NCBI GenBank assembly: GCA_040954595.2
Contig: CM082578.2
Span: 10,609,166-10,673,165, forward strand
Length of the DNA stretch: 64,000 nucleotides
Direction of reading: 5' to 3'
DNA from: Balanoglossus misakiensis
Lineage: Eukaryota; Animalia; Hemichordata
The position numbers and the translations under genes were made by a program. Shown piece after piece: positions 1-13,100 of this stretch. How positions within the stretch are numbered: the first letter of the stretch is position 1; the number at the start of each line of letters is the position of its first letter. The notes beneath the pieces were generated by a model that saw nothing but the letters and a program-made list of their open reading frames with translations, was not told the origin of the DNA and did not search any database.

Positions 1-180
1 GAAAATCAATATCGATTACCAGCATACCGCAGAATGTGTAGAGTGCAACGCATCGTTATGTACAACACGAGACGATCTTGGTTCTGTCGTAAAACGAAAA
101 GTCCATGCACACATTTCATGATAGATGATGCAGTAAAATTGTCAGGTGTTCAGCAATTGGAGCCCCTGTTGACTACTCAC

Positions 181-3100
181 CGAGTCTAAGTAGTTGGCGA
201 ACGCGTACGAGGAAGTCCCATCGTTGTTGTTGAGATCGGGGAAGAACCTACAGCCAGGGCCGGGCATGACGCCCTTGTTGGGGTTCTTGTTGCATTTGGC
301 GTAACCGTTGTCAATGTCCCGTGTCTGGCCGGTGATGGCCTCCGAGCACCTGGTCGGCTCCACTCGGCCCTTTTCGTCGTAGTAGAAGTGCTCGTCGTCG
401 TCGATGGCGTACTCGTCGAAGAGGCCCCAGCGCAGGTGGCCCCACTCGTGTACAATTACTTTACCTGGTGGCAAAGGGGACAAGAACAGGGAGAATTTAA
501 GACCGGACAGCGTATATCAGCTTGGTAAATGCTGCATTATTTGTTAAATACCAGGCACTTGTTGGCTTTGCACGGGTCACCACACTACCACTCGTGAGCT
601 GAGTGGTTCTGTTTTAATTTTCAGTGACGGATGTTACATTACCTGATTCTCCCCAATAGTATGGTTCTGTTTTAATTTTCAGTGACGGATGTTACATTAC
701 CTGATTCTCCCCAATAGTACTCGGAATAGGCCACGTCGGTCAGCCATTTTGTCGTCAGGTGCATGTATTCTCCGGCTTTGCCACAAGGCTGGATCTGTTT
801 GACGTACGGGTTGTCGCCGTACTCCGGATTGGGTTGATCCACCACGACGTTGGCGATGCAGAACTTCTCCGTAGTGGCGGCTTCGTCGGCGAGATCATCG
901 CTCCACGTCCGCGGGATCAGGATGGTGACGTTCTTGAAGTATACGCGTTGCTCTGAGGCCTCGTACAGGTACGAAGACGCACTGGTGAAAACTTCCTGAA
1001 AGGGAGGAGGGGGAGAGAAAGGGAATTAAGAGACGTGGATGTAGAGGTGTGAAGTTAAGGAAACTTGGCATCATTATGATGCAAGAACTTTACAAGAAAG
1101 ACATTCTCAAATTCGGAGAAGACTTGTGTAGGTTAAAACTTCTTGATAAACACCTTCGTTGCTTCAGTCTTTAATAACTTGTTCCGAAGACAAGTGTCAG
1201 AGAAAAATCAACTTCAATCAGAACGCCGTGAATTTGTAATCCATTTATTGCCTTCGGTATGATAATCTGGCTTTGTCACATTTTTAACTTGAAGGGTATG
1301 GGTGGACCAACGTTGATGAATATGGGGGAGAAAGTTTGGTATTACTCCGCGGAATACTGATTTCGCCGGGAGATGTACACGACACAAGGAGAAGCACTCG
1401 TCAAACTTACGCGTAGCTTTATAAATGTAATCTTTTAATTTTGCTCTATCTATCAAATTTGATTCGACTGATATGACGCAAGATATTGAATCTGCGCCGA
1501 TCACGCCTTTTTGAGCCACAATCATGATTAGACAAATCAAGAACATCTCTGAACTGTGGTGGCGTGGAGGTCATGTCACCTGTTCCTCTCGTACAAAACC
1601 TGTATTCTCTCGCAATAGTTGGTAACGTGTAGTACGCCGTTGCTATATACGCCGCAAACCACAGTGGCTCACAGTGCGAGTCGCACAGTGGCGCCAGATG
1701 GACGGCGATTGAGTGGGTGACGTCAGTGACCCAATCGAACCAATCAATATTTACGGTACTCAGGCTGGCCGGATGACCCGTTGACCGGCATAACATACTT
1801 ATATCCCAATAATTCACGTTGATAGGTTGTTGTTTGTCTTGTACTCGTGAGTGTTATTCCCCATTATATGCATCCACTTCGCGCCGGATAAGTGCATGAG
1901 TTTAATGCCCCGTACTTACGCTACCTTGCTTGCGCAAGACCCAGACGTCGCGGTTGCTGTTTTATTTTGCCCCCCAAAAATCACAAAGACCACGGGCTTG
2001 AAAAAGCCCAAATGACTACGATCAAACGAAAATTGATTCTTCTGAAATCAAGGCGCCCCAAATTCATAGCTTTAATGCAGACTTTACACCAGCAACTTTT
2101 TTAGAGTTTGGAACAAAAACTACCATACATATACGTTGTCCCTCCATGAAAAAATGTGCAGACGCGCCAAGAATCTGGTTGAGGGGAGGGAGATTTGAAT
2201 CGTCAAATTAGAATTTTTAGTGTCAGGTGGAGTGACATTTGCGCATTGAAAAAATCTTTAGGAGGATTCTTCTGATGTCGAAATTCAGACTGACCGACCC
2301 TGACCCAGAGCAGGCCAAATCCGGAATTCGAATAATTCCAGTGTGGGCATAAACACCTGCAACAGGTGTTCGGCCTATACAACTCTGAATCTGCGCTTTA
2401 CTACGATCTTCGAGTTGAATTTGCACCACGGCAAATACTTTTCGGTACGCGCAATAGCTGTAGAAATCGTCACGTCTTCAAGATCGATTCCGAGCAAATA
2501 TGCTTTCATCATTTTAGCCAAATTTCCGTCAGGTTAATTATCCGAATTTTTCTCGCTATGACAATATTTGTCACTTTCTTCGTTTGGAGGATGAGTCAAG
2601 TCGCTTCTGACTGTCAGCACCCTTGCATTCATATAGAAAGAAGAACTTTACAACGATCACACACACCGCCGCTACCGTTAACCGTGCGACATCTGACTTA
2701 TGCAATAAATCTGCAATCATTTACAGAGAACCACCGGTCCGACAAAAAGTAATTACAATTTTATTAGTTCTGTAATGTTTAGACATGACACCGATGCCGA
2801 TTGACTAGATAAGGACGCCAATTATATCTGCCCGAAATTGATTTCTAGCATTTACTTTATTTGCCCGATTGCCAAGTGCGATTGTAGTTCTACGAATGGC
2901 AAATCAAATATAGGATAATTGAACTTCTCAAATCAACCCTCAAAACGCGATTGACAAGAATATAATCACCAGGCGACTTAAATTCAGCCACCGTTGCCAA
3001 TGATCCGTACGTCGTCAACTAAACGGAGAAAATGCGCGAAGGCAGCCAAAGTCCGCCTCTTGGCGCTCCACTCCAGGAGACAATACCCCTTTGTTCTATT

Positions 3101-4701
3101 TCCTCCAATTTTAGACGATCTTATACCGGACAGCGTTGACAGGACAATTACCCTCGTGACGTAGGCGGGGCTCGGCCGGTCAATTCTGGCTGTTGTCAAG
3201 CTATATATCAATCGTACGTGACTTGCTATACACATAGTCCTCGGCTGACTCAACTTTTCCAATACAAAAATTCGCATCTACTTTTCTCTGATATCATGTT
3301 GAATAATGACGTGCTATCACACTGTCTCATATGTTGTGCTCAATCGCTAAGCAATCGATCGCAATAATTGATCTGCGTGATTGTGGGCAGTGTGTGTAAA
3401 GGTTCCAGTGGATTATGAATAAATTAGAGACATGGTCTCCAATCCACGCATTGCACTGGTACTTTTTACTTCGATTTATCTACACGGTGTTCGCCTCTTC
3501 CTTCTATTGTAATATCAAACGAATGTCAACTGACCAGAAAGATGGCCTTTTCTAAGGCCGTCTCAATCTCGCCACGATTCCGGAAATTGTCTTAAGTCTA
3601 TTGACCATGCCTCCTTAATCTTTCCGAAAAGGCGGACATCCTTGAAACGCTGGAACGCACACACGCGCCGCAAGTTCAGCGCGAAGTTGTCATCAAGAGT
3701 CTTTCGAATTTGGCGATTGATTTTTGGCATCAAATTAATCCTCCACACCGGGACATTCAGGAGTGACAGTTTGTTTCCTTTTGTGACAGACATTTCTTCA
3801 ATTCGGAAGGTTTTTGTCTATTTTGGTTTGTAAGAACATACTTGAATTGTAATTGACTGAGTATGGGCTTTTCCTCATATGTTATTTGTAATTAAAATTA
3901 ATTCACCAAATAATGTCCCTATGCCGAAGAATTATGTATTGACATAGGAATGGTGAAGGCCACAGAAATCTCTTACAAGCTGAAGCAAATTTAATCCTGG
4001 ATGTTTGGGGCAGGCATTTGACTTGTCTAAAACACTCCTTTTTCGAGATACCCATCAACAATTAAATACATGGGCTGATACAATGTTTTCAAATAATAAA
4101 ATCCTCCCTGTTATGATCTACTTATTACATCTTGCTGGTAACAATTGCGTCTATGGGCGATGAATAGAGTTTACAATGTACGTTCAGTGGTTTACCGCAC
4201 TAATGGGAGGGCGGGGACCGGGGGGGGGGGGAACTTCACCTGGCGATATACTGAAACCGGTTTCTTCAGCCAGTCGTGGTTTTACTGTGCCCTTTCCCTC
4301 TTTTCTCCGTTTATTATATTTTGTGTACAGAAAAAAATAATTAATTTAACCATTTCTTCTCGCTCGATCGCCAGTTAGAAAATTACGCAGGTGTCGATGA
4401 AAATGTAGTTTCTGCCAACACCGATTCAACGAGGATGCTTTCAATACGGGATAGACGTCCTGTTTTTCTTGGAGTATCGAGATATAAAATGAAGCTCCAA
4501 AGTCTACCGGTAGGATAGTGAACTCACCTGGATTCTCTGTAAAAGATATGGGTCTTCTGGTACACTCTCATGGATGGCGATCAGTAATCCGGTATACGCG
4601 TTGTTTGTCAGGTTGACTTTGTTTCTCTGGGCGGTGGCCACGATACATACGGCGAGAATGCCACCGATGAAGCGCGTGAGCATCGCTAAGTTTCTCATCA
4701 T
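181..4701 (-). CDS. CLCA: CLCA-family protein, paralog A (5' part only; continues beyond the left edge). Exons 4701-4528, 995-701, 464-181
   Basis: Exon 1 is signal-peptide-like (MMRNLAMLTRFIGGILAVCIVATAQ) followed by AYTGLLIAIHESVPED. Exon 2 reads EVFTSASSYLYEASEQRVYFKNVTILIP. Exon 3 carries the CLCA zinc motif HEWGHLRWGLFDEY. GT-AG junctions keep frame, and exons 2 and 3 (295 and 284 nt) match paralogs B and C in length. Confidence 0.93.
604..719. repeat. Perfect 58-bp tandem duplication spanning the CLCA-A exon 2 splice donor
   Basis: 604-661 and 662-719 are identical (tggttctgttttaattttcagtgacggatgttacattacctgattctccccaatagta). Confidence 0.95.
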
Positions 4702-4846
4702 TTTTCCCCCGTCAACTGTTGAAGTGTAGAGTTGTATTGAAGAATGTATGTCTGGAGATTTTTCGAGGCAGGTGCTTGTATATACCATGAGCGGCGCACA
4801 CGGGGGCGTCACAGTGCGGACATCTCGTGTCGAGTGGATGACGATA

Positions 4847-4858
4847 GGGGAATTCCCC
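4847..4858. promoter_or_regulatory. Candidate NF-kB site upstream of CLCA-A
   Basis: Perfect palindrome GGGGAATTCCCC ~146 bp upstream of the CLCA-A ATG, with a TATA-like GTATATAC at 4778-4785 in between. Motif match only. Confidence 0.45.
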
Positions 4859-7252
4859 CAAAAGTATTCGGCAGCGAAAATCCAGCTAATCACCGTAGAC
4901 AGAAATCGCCAGTTTCCTCGTATTGCGCAATAGCTCTAATATCCGCTTTCGTCTCGAGCGGGAAAAGTGTTCTACCCGCCGCCCGCTATCTGGATTGAGG
5001 TTTGCTCGCTTGCAGGTTGTATAGTATATACACTGCTGGTTGCGCTGAGCAATTTGCACGGGGAATGATTACAGACAGGTCAGATGAGGATGGTCTTTAC
5101 GTCTTCTCTTTTTGCATTGAGTGTGTAGGGTTATATTGAAACGGAAACTTTGTGTTATAAGACACATTTGTAATGACTAAGTCAAGACAAGACAAGACAA
5201 CACAACACAACACAACGCAAAATCTTTAAAAACTACAGTACGTGCTATTTACAGTTTACAACATCGATGTTGAAATTGTTTTACGTCATACCCGTTTTCT
5301 TAGAATGCGCGTCTACTATTTTAGTACATGGCGTACGTATGAATAGAATCTTCATGGAATACGTAACCAAGTCACAATTAGATTTGACAGAAAGTTTGAT
5401 GGATGGATGGATGGAGGGGGGAGGGATGGCCGGATGAATGGATAGATCGATATCTGTTGATTGATTGATGTGTGTACGTGGCGTCTAACATATTGATTTG
5501 TACGTGCACAAATGAATGACACCAACTCGGGGTCCACACACATTTCGTGTAAATTTCTCCTCGATGTTTACGTAAATCGCCCGACTGCACCCCTACTTGT
5601 AACTTGTTTATTGTCGTTCAAAGTACTTCTTTTACGCACATGTCAATACACATGTACTGCGCAAGCGTAATGTCGTAAGTCCATTCCCGGGTAGCCGAGG
5701 AACAAAGTATTCCAAGGCTTCTTCTCTAACTATTATTTAGCATGCTGTTAATGCAACAATAAAGAAATGGGAGAAAACGACGAACAACTGAGAAATAGTG
5801 AGAGAAAAAAACGTCGTGGACTGGAACAGGTCACCGATACCGGGTACTCAACGCTGCGGCGGTCGTCTGCCCCGGATCGGTCCAAGTTCGAACCAATTTG
5901 ATCCGAAAATTATTTGTTGAACCACAGTCCCTCCATATACACATCTTGCTTGAACAGGGTGTTAATGACGTACGCCAGAAAATGACACGGTTTTCCCCCT
6001 TACTGTCACTCACTCTCCGATTCGCCGCGATCAGTGTTCACTAGAAGAGACTTTTTTAATATCTTCATGGTATGTGCTAGTGTTTACCTAAACAAAATTC
6101 GATTGGGATAAACAATGGAGCCGATAACAATCTTACGTTATCTTATCTAGATAGTTACCTTGTACGCTCGTTTCACCGTTAGGTAAATAAACTGAATGAC
6201 GTTAGTTGTCTGTAGGCTTACATCATGGAATTTTTGTTCGCGTTGTTGAGTAACCGTGGTTTAAAATACACGAGAGTGGATTTATCGCCTCTAATATCAG
6301 TGGTCGAACTGACTTAGATAAATTGTCATGACAACACAAATCAATATAAAAAAGAAACTTGAAGAGGATTGCAATTGAGTCAAGACACTCGCATGTATAC
6401 TTAGATAGTTACATACACGAAAACGTTGCCGTAACGATGGCGCGATTCTACTGCAACTAAATATTTCACTCCTGTCGCGGTTTACCTCGACAGACCGGAA
6501 TGATTCCACAGGTCTATGTATCGACACACCGTGGTTATTCCTCGGCCAAAATCACGGCATTGAGACATTCCCCTACTTGCTTGTCACACGTGTGAAATTT
6601 CAAATTGCAGGGATCAGCGCGACGGTGATGACAGACCGAAAAGAAATGTGCTAATGAAACTGTCACCGGCACGAATTCCAGAAAGCAGTAAATATGATTA
6701 ATTTATGAAATAACACGGATGCTGTTTACAGTAATGCGTGGAAAGAACGCAGTCTGAGATAAGCGATCCGTGTGGTCAGATTGTAAAAATTACTACAAAC
6801 AAAGAAAATCACGATTGATGTACAAACACAAGCGAGACAGGTGCGATGCACTCGCCTCGATTTGCTGACATGCGAGTTTTTCTCACAGTTATCCGTGGAC
6901 AAAAGCAAAGAAACCATAAAACACTGCAAAGCTTCTTGGTTATTTTGTCCGGGTGCAGCGTCGACTGTTTCCTAAAATACCTGCATGTCTCCCGAGAAAG
7001 CCATTTCCGTTCCTTTACATTGTTTCAGACGCCCGGTTATGATTGACAAGTGCCATAATTATAGTTGACGAATTCTCCTAAATTTTTTTCACCGAGGATT
7101 GTTGTGCCAGAAAGGAATTCAACGGACGCGCTGTTCAGTGCGGAGTGAGTCACAATTTAACACGGTGCGAATCCGACTAACATTCAACCTCGGAACATTA
7201 AAGGCCCAGTGTTAAAAACACAGAGAACACATGTAACAACAGAGGTTGACCC

Positions 7253-7430
<178 letters not shown>

Positions 7431-10120
7431 GTCAGTCTCTCTGTCTGTCTGTCTGTCTACTCAGACTCAGACTAAGGTGAATACGGTGGACAAAGGTAAA
7501 TTGAGAGATTTCACTGTAAAAATTTGATGACTGGCTTGCGCAGATGTTGAGAGACACAACACAGTCACAGGGGGGACACAACAGTGCGACTACTCAGGGT
7601 GATTGTAACGCACGATTTGAAAGAGGGCAACGCGGAAATGCATACGTGGTTTGACCACGGTCACTATCAACAATCTTCCAGGCGGTCCATACAAAGACAA
7701 GTGCTGACAAAAGACACTTGACCGATAACACAATCTCGGCTTTAGTAAGACTTGTAATTATTCTCCCATATATGGAGAGGCTGAGCCGGATCTAGAGGTT
7801 CGATTCAGGAGGTAGGCGTGGTCGATTGATTACGCAGACATCGTGTTTTCAACATTACAGCGATCGTAGGACATGCATGCAACTTCACCGAACCTGCAAA
7901 CGATACAACGCGTCAATCTACCATTATATGAGACTACGCTCGCTGTTTTTAATTAAAAAAGGATTTTCATGGACATTCATCAAAACAGAACTAGTAATAC
8001 CAAAATGCCGTTGTTAGTGACGACTAACTAAAATGTTACATTTGAATATTTAGCTTTTTCTTTGTGTTCGGACACACATAATGATGCAGAGAACAACTGA
8101 TTCTAACCAAACCACGATTGTTTGCTATTTGAGAATTCAGAGCGTTGCCTATTGAATGACGCTGTTCGGAAAACTCTGTGACCGCATGTTTTTTATATCC
8201 AATGTTTAATATAATCGAAAATAAGTAAAACATTTTGCGTCTCAGGCCAACGTTTCGGCACGATTATTTTGGGGAAATTTCCGCAAAGCCACCAGGACCA
8301 CCAGAAAGTAGATCACGGCAGAGAAAAGTGACGGAACATGATGGCAACAAATCCAGTCACTTGATAAAACATATTAAGTATCTTTAGTTACAAAATAGCA
8401 TAACTTGAATTCAGTGGGACCGTCGATTCTTTCTGGCAAGTGGACAATTTCTACCTCTCATTTTGCAACCTTTTTGAATCACTCTTATCAGAAAATGCAT
8501 ATGGTGGTTAGTATGGTCGCAACTCACGAGGAAATGTTGGAGAAAGCACGTAGTCTCCGAGGATCTTATCAATCAAGGATCTGGGTCAGTGAACGTCCTG
8601 CGATTTGCGCATAGTGCGTTCATGTCCAGTAATAAGACCAATTGAATAGGACAAGTTGAAACATGCTCCATGATGATGGTGTTTACACCAAAGCACTCAA
8701 GTCTACGCACCCTTTCGCCGAAAATTAAAAAAAGGAACCACGCAGCCATTCGCAATGTTACATGTGTAGTCGATTTGGGGCGAATAATGGAATGTTGACG
8801 GTAGTTCCCAAAGTACAAGGACACCTGTTGATTTTTTTTCAGGCCGGATTCACAGAACCGGCGGTATTTATTAATGAACGTGACAAATGGAACGACGTAG
8901 CCGGCAGCTGTGGGCACCACGCCACAGAACGACTAGAACGTCTCCGGCACATGCTTTTCTTCTACACCCCTACGTTGAATTTGGGCTGTCTACAACAGTA
9001 CTTATGTATGCCCACCCCGCGGTGTCAGTCACTCGCATCAACGGTATTTATTGAAGCAAGCTTAATATTCAAAGTACTTCGATTATTGCTACATATTTTT
9101 TAATAAAAATAAAAATCCCTGATTCGGAAACGCATTTTAATCCAGGATTACGTGTCGTGACTTGAAACCTACCAATAGATCAGGCAGAAAATCATTTTCA
9201 GAGAGACAAATTTGAAACTGACCAATGGCCTGCAGAACAGCCAGAAAGTGAGTCGTCTTCAGCTTGCGGCACAGTTGGTTTATTTTTGTATAAGCTAGGA
9301 CAAAAGTTGCGTTCAGTTGACATCGGTAGCCGGTGGACATCAAACGGCGATCTCATGGTACTTTGGGAAGGAAAAAAAACATTTATAGACCTGCAGCTGA
9401 TATCTAAGTGCAATATTTCTCAATGTACCCATTGTTTAACAAAGTCCATCACGACGACATACCTTTCTTGCTAACGCCACGGTCCTCAGCCAGGCTTTGT
9501 GCCATAAACCGAGAGACAGTGTTTTCTGCATTGATGGCTATGAAACGTCGTCTGCCTGTAACACAGCTACGCCGTATTTGGAAAGCATGCCAGACCTAAC
9601 ATTCAAAGAGGGCTAATGACAAAGGCATGTTAAAGAGGAATTTTATTTTACAGTGTACATGTCTTTCGCGAATAAGCACCGTGTTTTGAAAACCCCGTTT
9701 TAAGCCAAATAACATGGTGATTCTGTTTTATTACGCGTGCACTACTATCACTGAAGTTTTCAAATTGCTGTAACAGAAGAATAAAAATGTGCTTTTGGGG
9801 AGATAAAATGCTGTGGCGAATTTCTCCAATTTTATCTCGCATATATATCAATTTTAAAATGTAAAATAAAAATGCATCGAACCGACTATACTAAAACAAA
9901 TTTGCATCGAAATAACACTCAGAAAAGCATTGTCTCCATTAAGGTTGATAAAATACAAACATTACATTTCCTGTGGATATCTCAAATAATAAAAAGGCTA
10001 CCCAAACGTGGTTTAAAGTACAATTTTTACTAAATAAGTCTTACAGATGAACGTGGATTCTAATGCTGCTGAATAAGTGTTAACTGTGGGTGGACATGAG
10101 ATACGGAAGGGAAGTCCTTT

Positions 10121-13100
10121 TTATATTACGTTCGGATTGTCACAAGGATTGTCAAGCCCCTCAGACTTTTGCCTGTTGTCGTTCTTGCTTTTGGTTTTCG
10201 TCGATCTGCAATGGTAAACGGCGACTACCATCAATATGACAATGACAACCACGGCAAGAACAGCGCCAACAGCGATGAGAGCGATGTGCCAGGCTTTCAG
10301 TCCCTCGTCTTCCGGTAGGACCGGAACCAGCGTCTGTTGAGCGATGTTTGAAATCGGCCCGACATTCTCTGCTTCGTCGACGGCTTTGATTGCGAAGTAG
10401 TACGTGGTTCCAGTTCCTCTCGCGGGCAAACGGATAACGAGCGTTTCAATGGTCTCAGGTGGACTCGGGTCTGACAGGTTGCCGAAGATGACATCACTGT
10501 CAGTTATTTTGGTGGAGTTATCGAAGTTATCCAGAATCTCAGAGAATGTTGTGCTGTAGCGAAGGTCATAGTAGCTTGCTATTGTGAGGGAGGGGGAAAG
10601 GTAAGAGAGAGAGAGAGGGAGAGTGAGACAGAGGGGGAGAGAGAGACAGAGACAGACAGAGAGACAGAGTTATAAACATCTACAGTATTTTAACACTGAT
10701 GTATGAATGGTTCTTTACTGAGTACATTTTAAAAGACTTTCAAATGCACATCAACTTCCAAGTACATCTCTTTGTCACAGCCAACAGCTCCATAGTCATG
10801 AGATTAAGAAACATTGGGTTAATTTGATCCTTTGCAAATCCCAGAAACATGTAGAAGACTGAACTCACCGTTGCCCTTGTCGTAATCATCTCCAGTCGCC
10901 GTCCATTGAAGTGTGATCGTCTTCTCGTCGTATGACGATTTCACGGCTTCGAGGTCCGGGATCCTGGACGGAGAAAAGATGTCGGTGCCGGGTTCTACGT
11001 ACTGCACGTTATCGCTGACTTGGATGGCGCCCCCAGAGGTGATTCTGGCAAAATCCCCGACGGGGTCGGCATCTCCCTTTGGCGGGATCACGGCTGTGAA
11101 TGACAAATGTCAATATTAGTATTGCGTAAGGTAACGTCAGTATCACTGCCAAAATATTCCACTTTTCAATCTAGTCAAGAAGACTTGTCTTTAATGTTTA
11201 TTTACGCTCACAGTTTTGCGCAAAATACAATATACGTACAATAATCCTTTGGAAGAGCCCCGATTTTCCCGGATATCCTGACAACAGTGTTGTTATCCCT
11301 GTCGTCTGCATGGACTTGCACGCTGTATCGACAGGCGGAGTCGCAAGTGGGTACAAAATCTATGAAGTAACCGGAATACACGCCGTCGTCTTTGGAGAGA
11401 TCCGCACCTGCACAAATATAGAAATCATATACTGGTAATCATGAGATTACGCACGTCTCGCCTATCCCAGTGAAATGTTTGTGCCATGTTATTCTATTAT
11501 GATCATTCTTGACATGAGTTTAAGATTTGGTGGATGTACAAGGGAAAAGCAACATACCCACGCCATTATCAAATAACTGAATTTCTGATGGTGGATTGTC
11601 TGGCCGATCGACTGTCGCGAAGACCGTTGCCCCGGTGACGGGTAAGTAGCCCTGGCTCAGGTCTGCGTATATGACTGCGACCGGCGGAGACTCGGTGATG
11701 TAGTCGCTGCTCAGAGTTGAGGTGAGGCGAATGGGCGACTTGCTTCCGTCGGACGGTTTGGATTCGATGGATATTTCCACAGTTTGGTCGCTGCTCGATG
11801 GATTTGTGACGTTGTAAACCCACTTCCCAACCTGGATGAAGAAGATGGCATTGGAAATGTTTGCCTGTTGATCAAACTCTATACCAAGGCGCGTTTCCAA
11901 TAAACATAACTTTTCAATTGGCACGAGACAAACCAAGTCCTGTAGCTAAACTTCAATTGGTGACCATATACCTTCAATCTACAAAATTTAAACTCCAATG
12001 CGGTTCTCAATCGATGTGAAATTGGTTCAAACCCGCGGACACTCTCGTTGGTCATGTTATCTATGATAAATCACTTATAATAAAAATACTTGCCTGTGCC
12101 ACGCCTGGTATTTGAATGGTGATGGATCTTGTGGCTGCGTCAACTTGATACTCCGGCGAGGCGTCGTTGTACACGGTGCCGCCTGGAGAGGTCAGCGTGA
12201 CCTTCACTTCTTCCTTTTCCCAGAAGAAAAAGAATGTCGTTTCCGAACCGATGCTGGCATCGATGACCACGTAGTGGCTTGACGTTTCGCCGGCTGCCAC
12301 TGAAGGTTTGAAGCTTGTGAGCTTCAAGGGGAACAATAAAATGTGCACGTTAGAGTTAATGTACATTGATTTAGCAACTTTGATGACGCATACGAGGTAT
12401 ACGGTAGTCCAATGTGCATGAAACTATAGGAAGTCGCTTCAGCCAAAACAAAAATTAAAGACATGAAAAACTGTCAACAAATTAGGGTTTCTGGTAGCTT
12501 ATTGGCTCATATGAGCCAACGATTAACCCCTCGTGTGTTGTCCAAGAGCTCTATATGTAGAGACAGTCAATGATAGATTTAAGGGGGGGGGAGTGTTACC
12601 TGCAAAGCGGCTGTGTTACCACTGCATGTTCTCTCTGTTATAGTGCTGGTGAATGCGTCGTTGAGGGCAGTCGACTGGCTGCTCTCAGAATAGTAAAACG
12701 CAAGTCCGTTAGTAACTATGGACAACTCGGTCAGTTTGGGGTCAGCGTTTGAACTGAACGCCAAAGTGTCGACAATTACTTGCTTTTCAACCAGCGTCGG
12801 CATGACGTCATCTATATTAGGCGACTGATTTTCCTCCCCGTCTGACAGAAGAAACAATATTCCACCGGCAGCCGTACTTCCTGGTCCGTTTTCTAAAACC
12901 TAAAAATTCAAGGAAAAATGTGGTGATGTATCAAACCATTTTAATGTGACATCCATAGTTAAGGAAGACACGGATGTTTCTCGGCACTGTGTAATTATCT
13001 CAACTGTCCATTCATTAAAAATGATGATGGTGATTGTGGCGGTGGTGGTGATGATGGCGGTGGTGGTGGTCATGGTGGTGGTGGTGTCAGATGATGATGA

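Noticed and set aside
759-956. Triplicated plus-strand ORF MHVFSGFA... (also at 15878 and 24607)
   Set aside because: It is the antisense shadow of the conserved CLCA exon 2.
7795-7815. GGTTCGATTC B-box as a tRNA gene
   Set aside because: No A box or cloverleaf could be formed around it.
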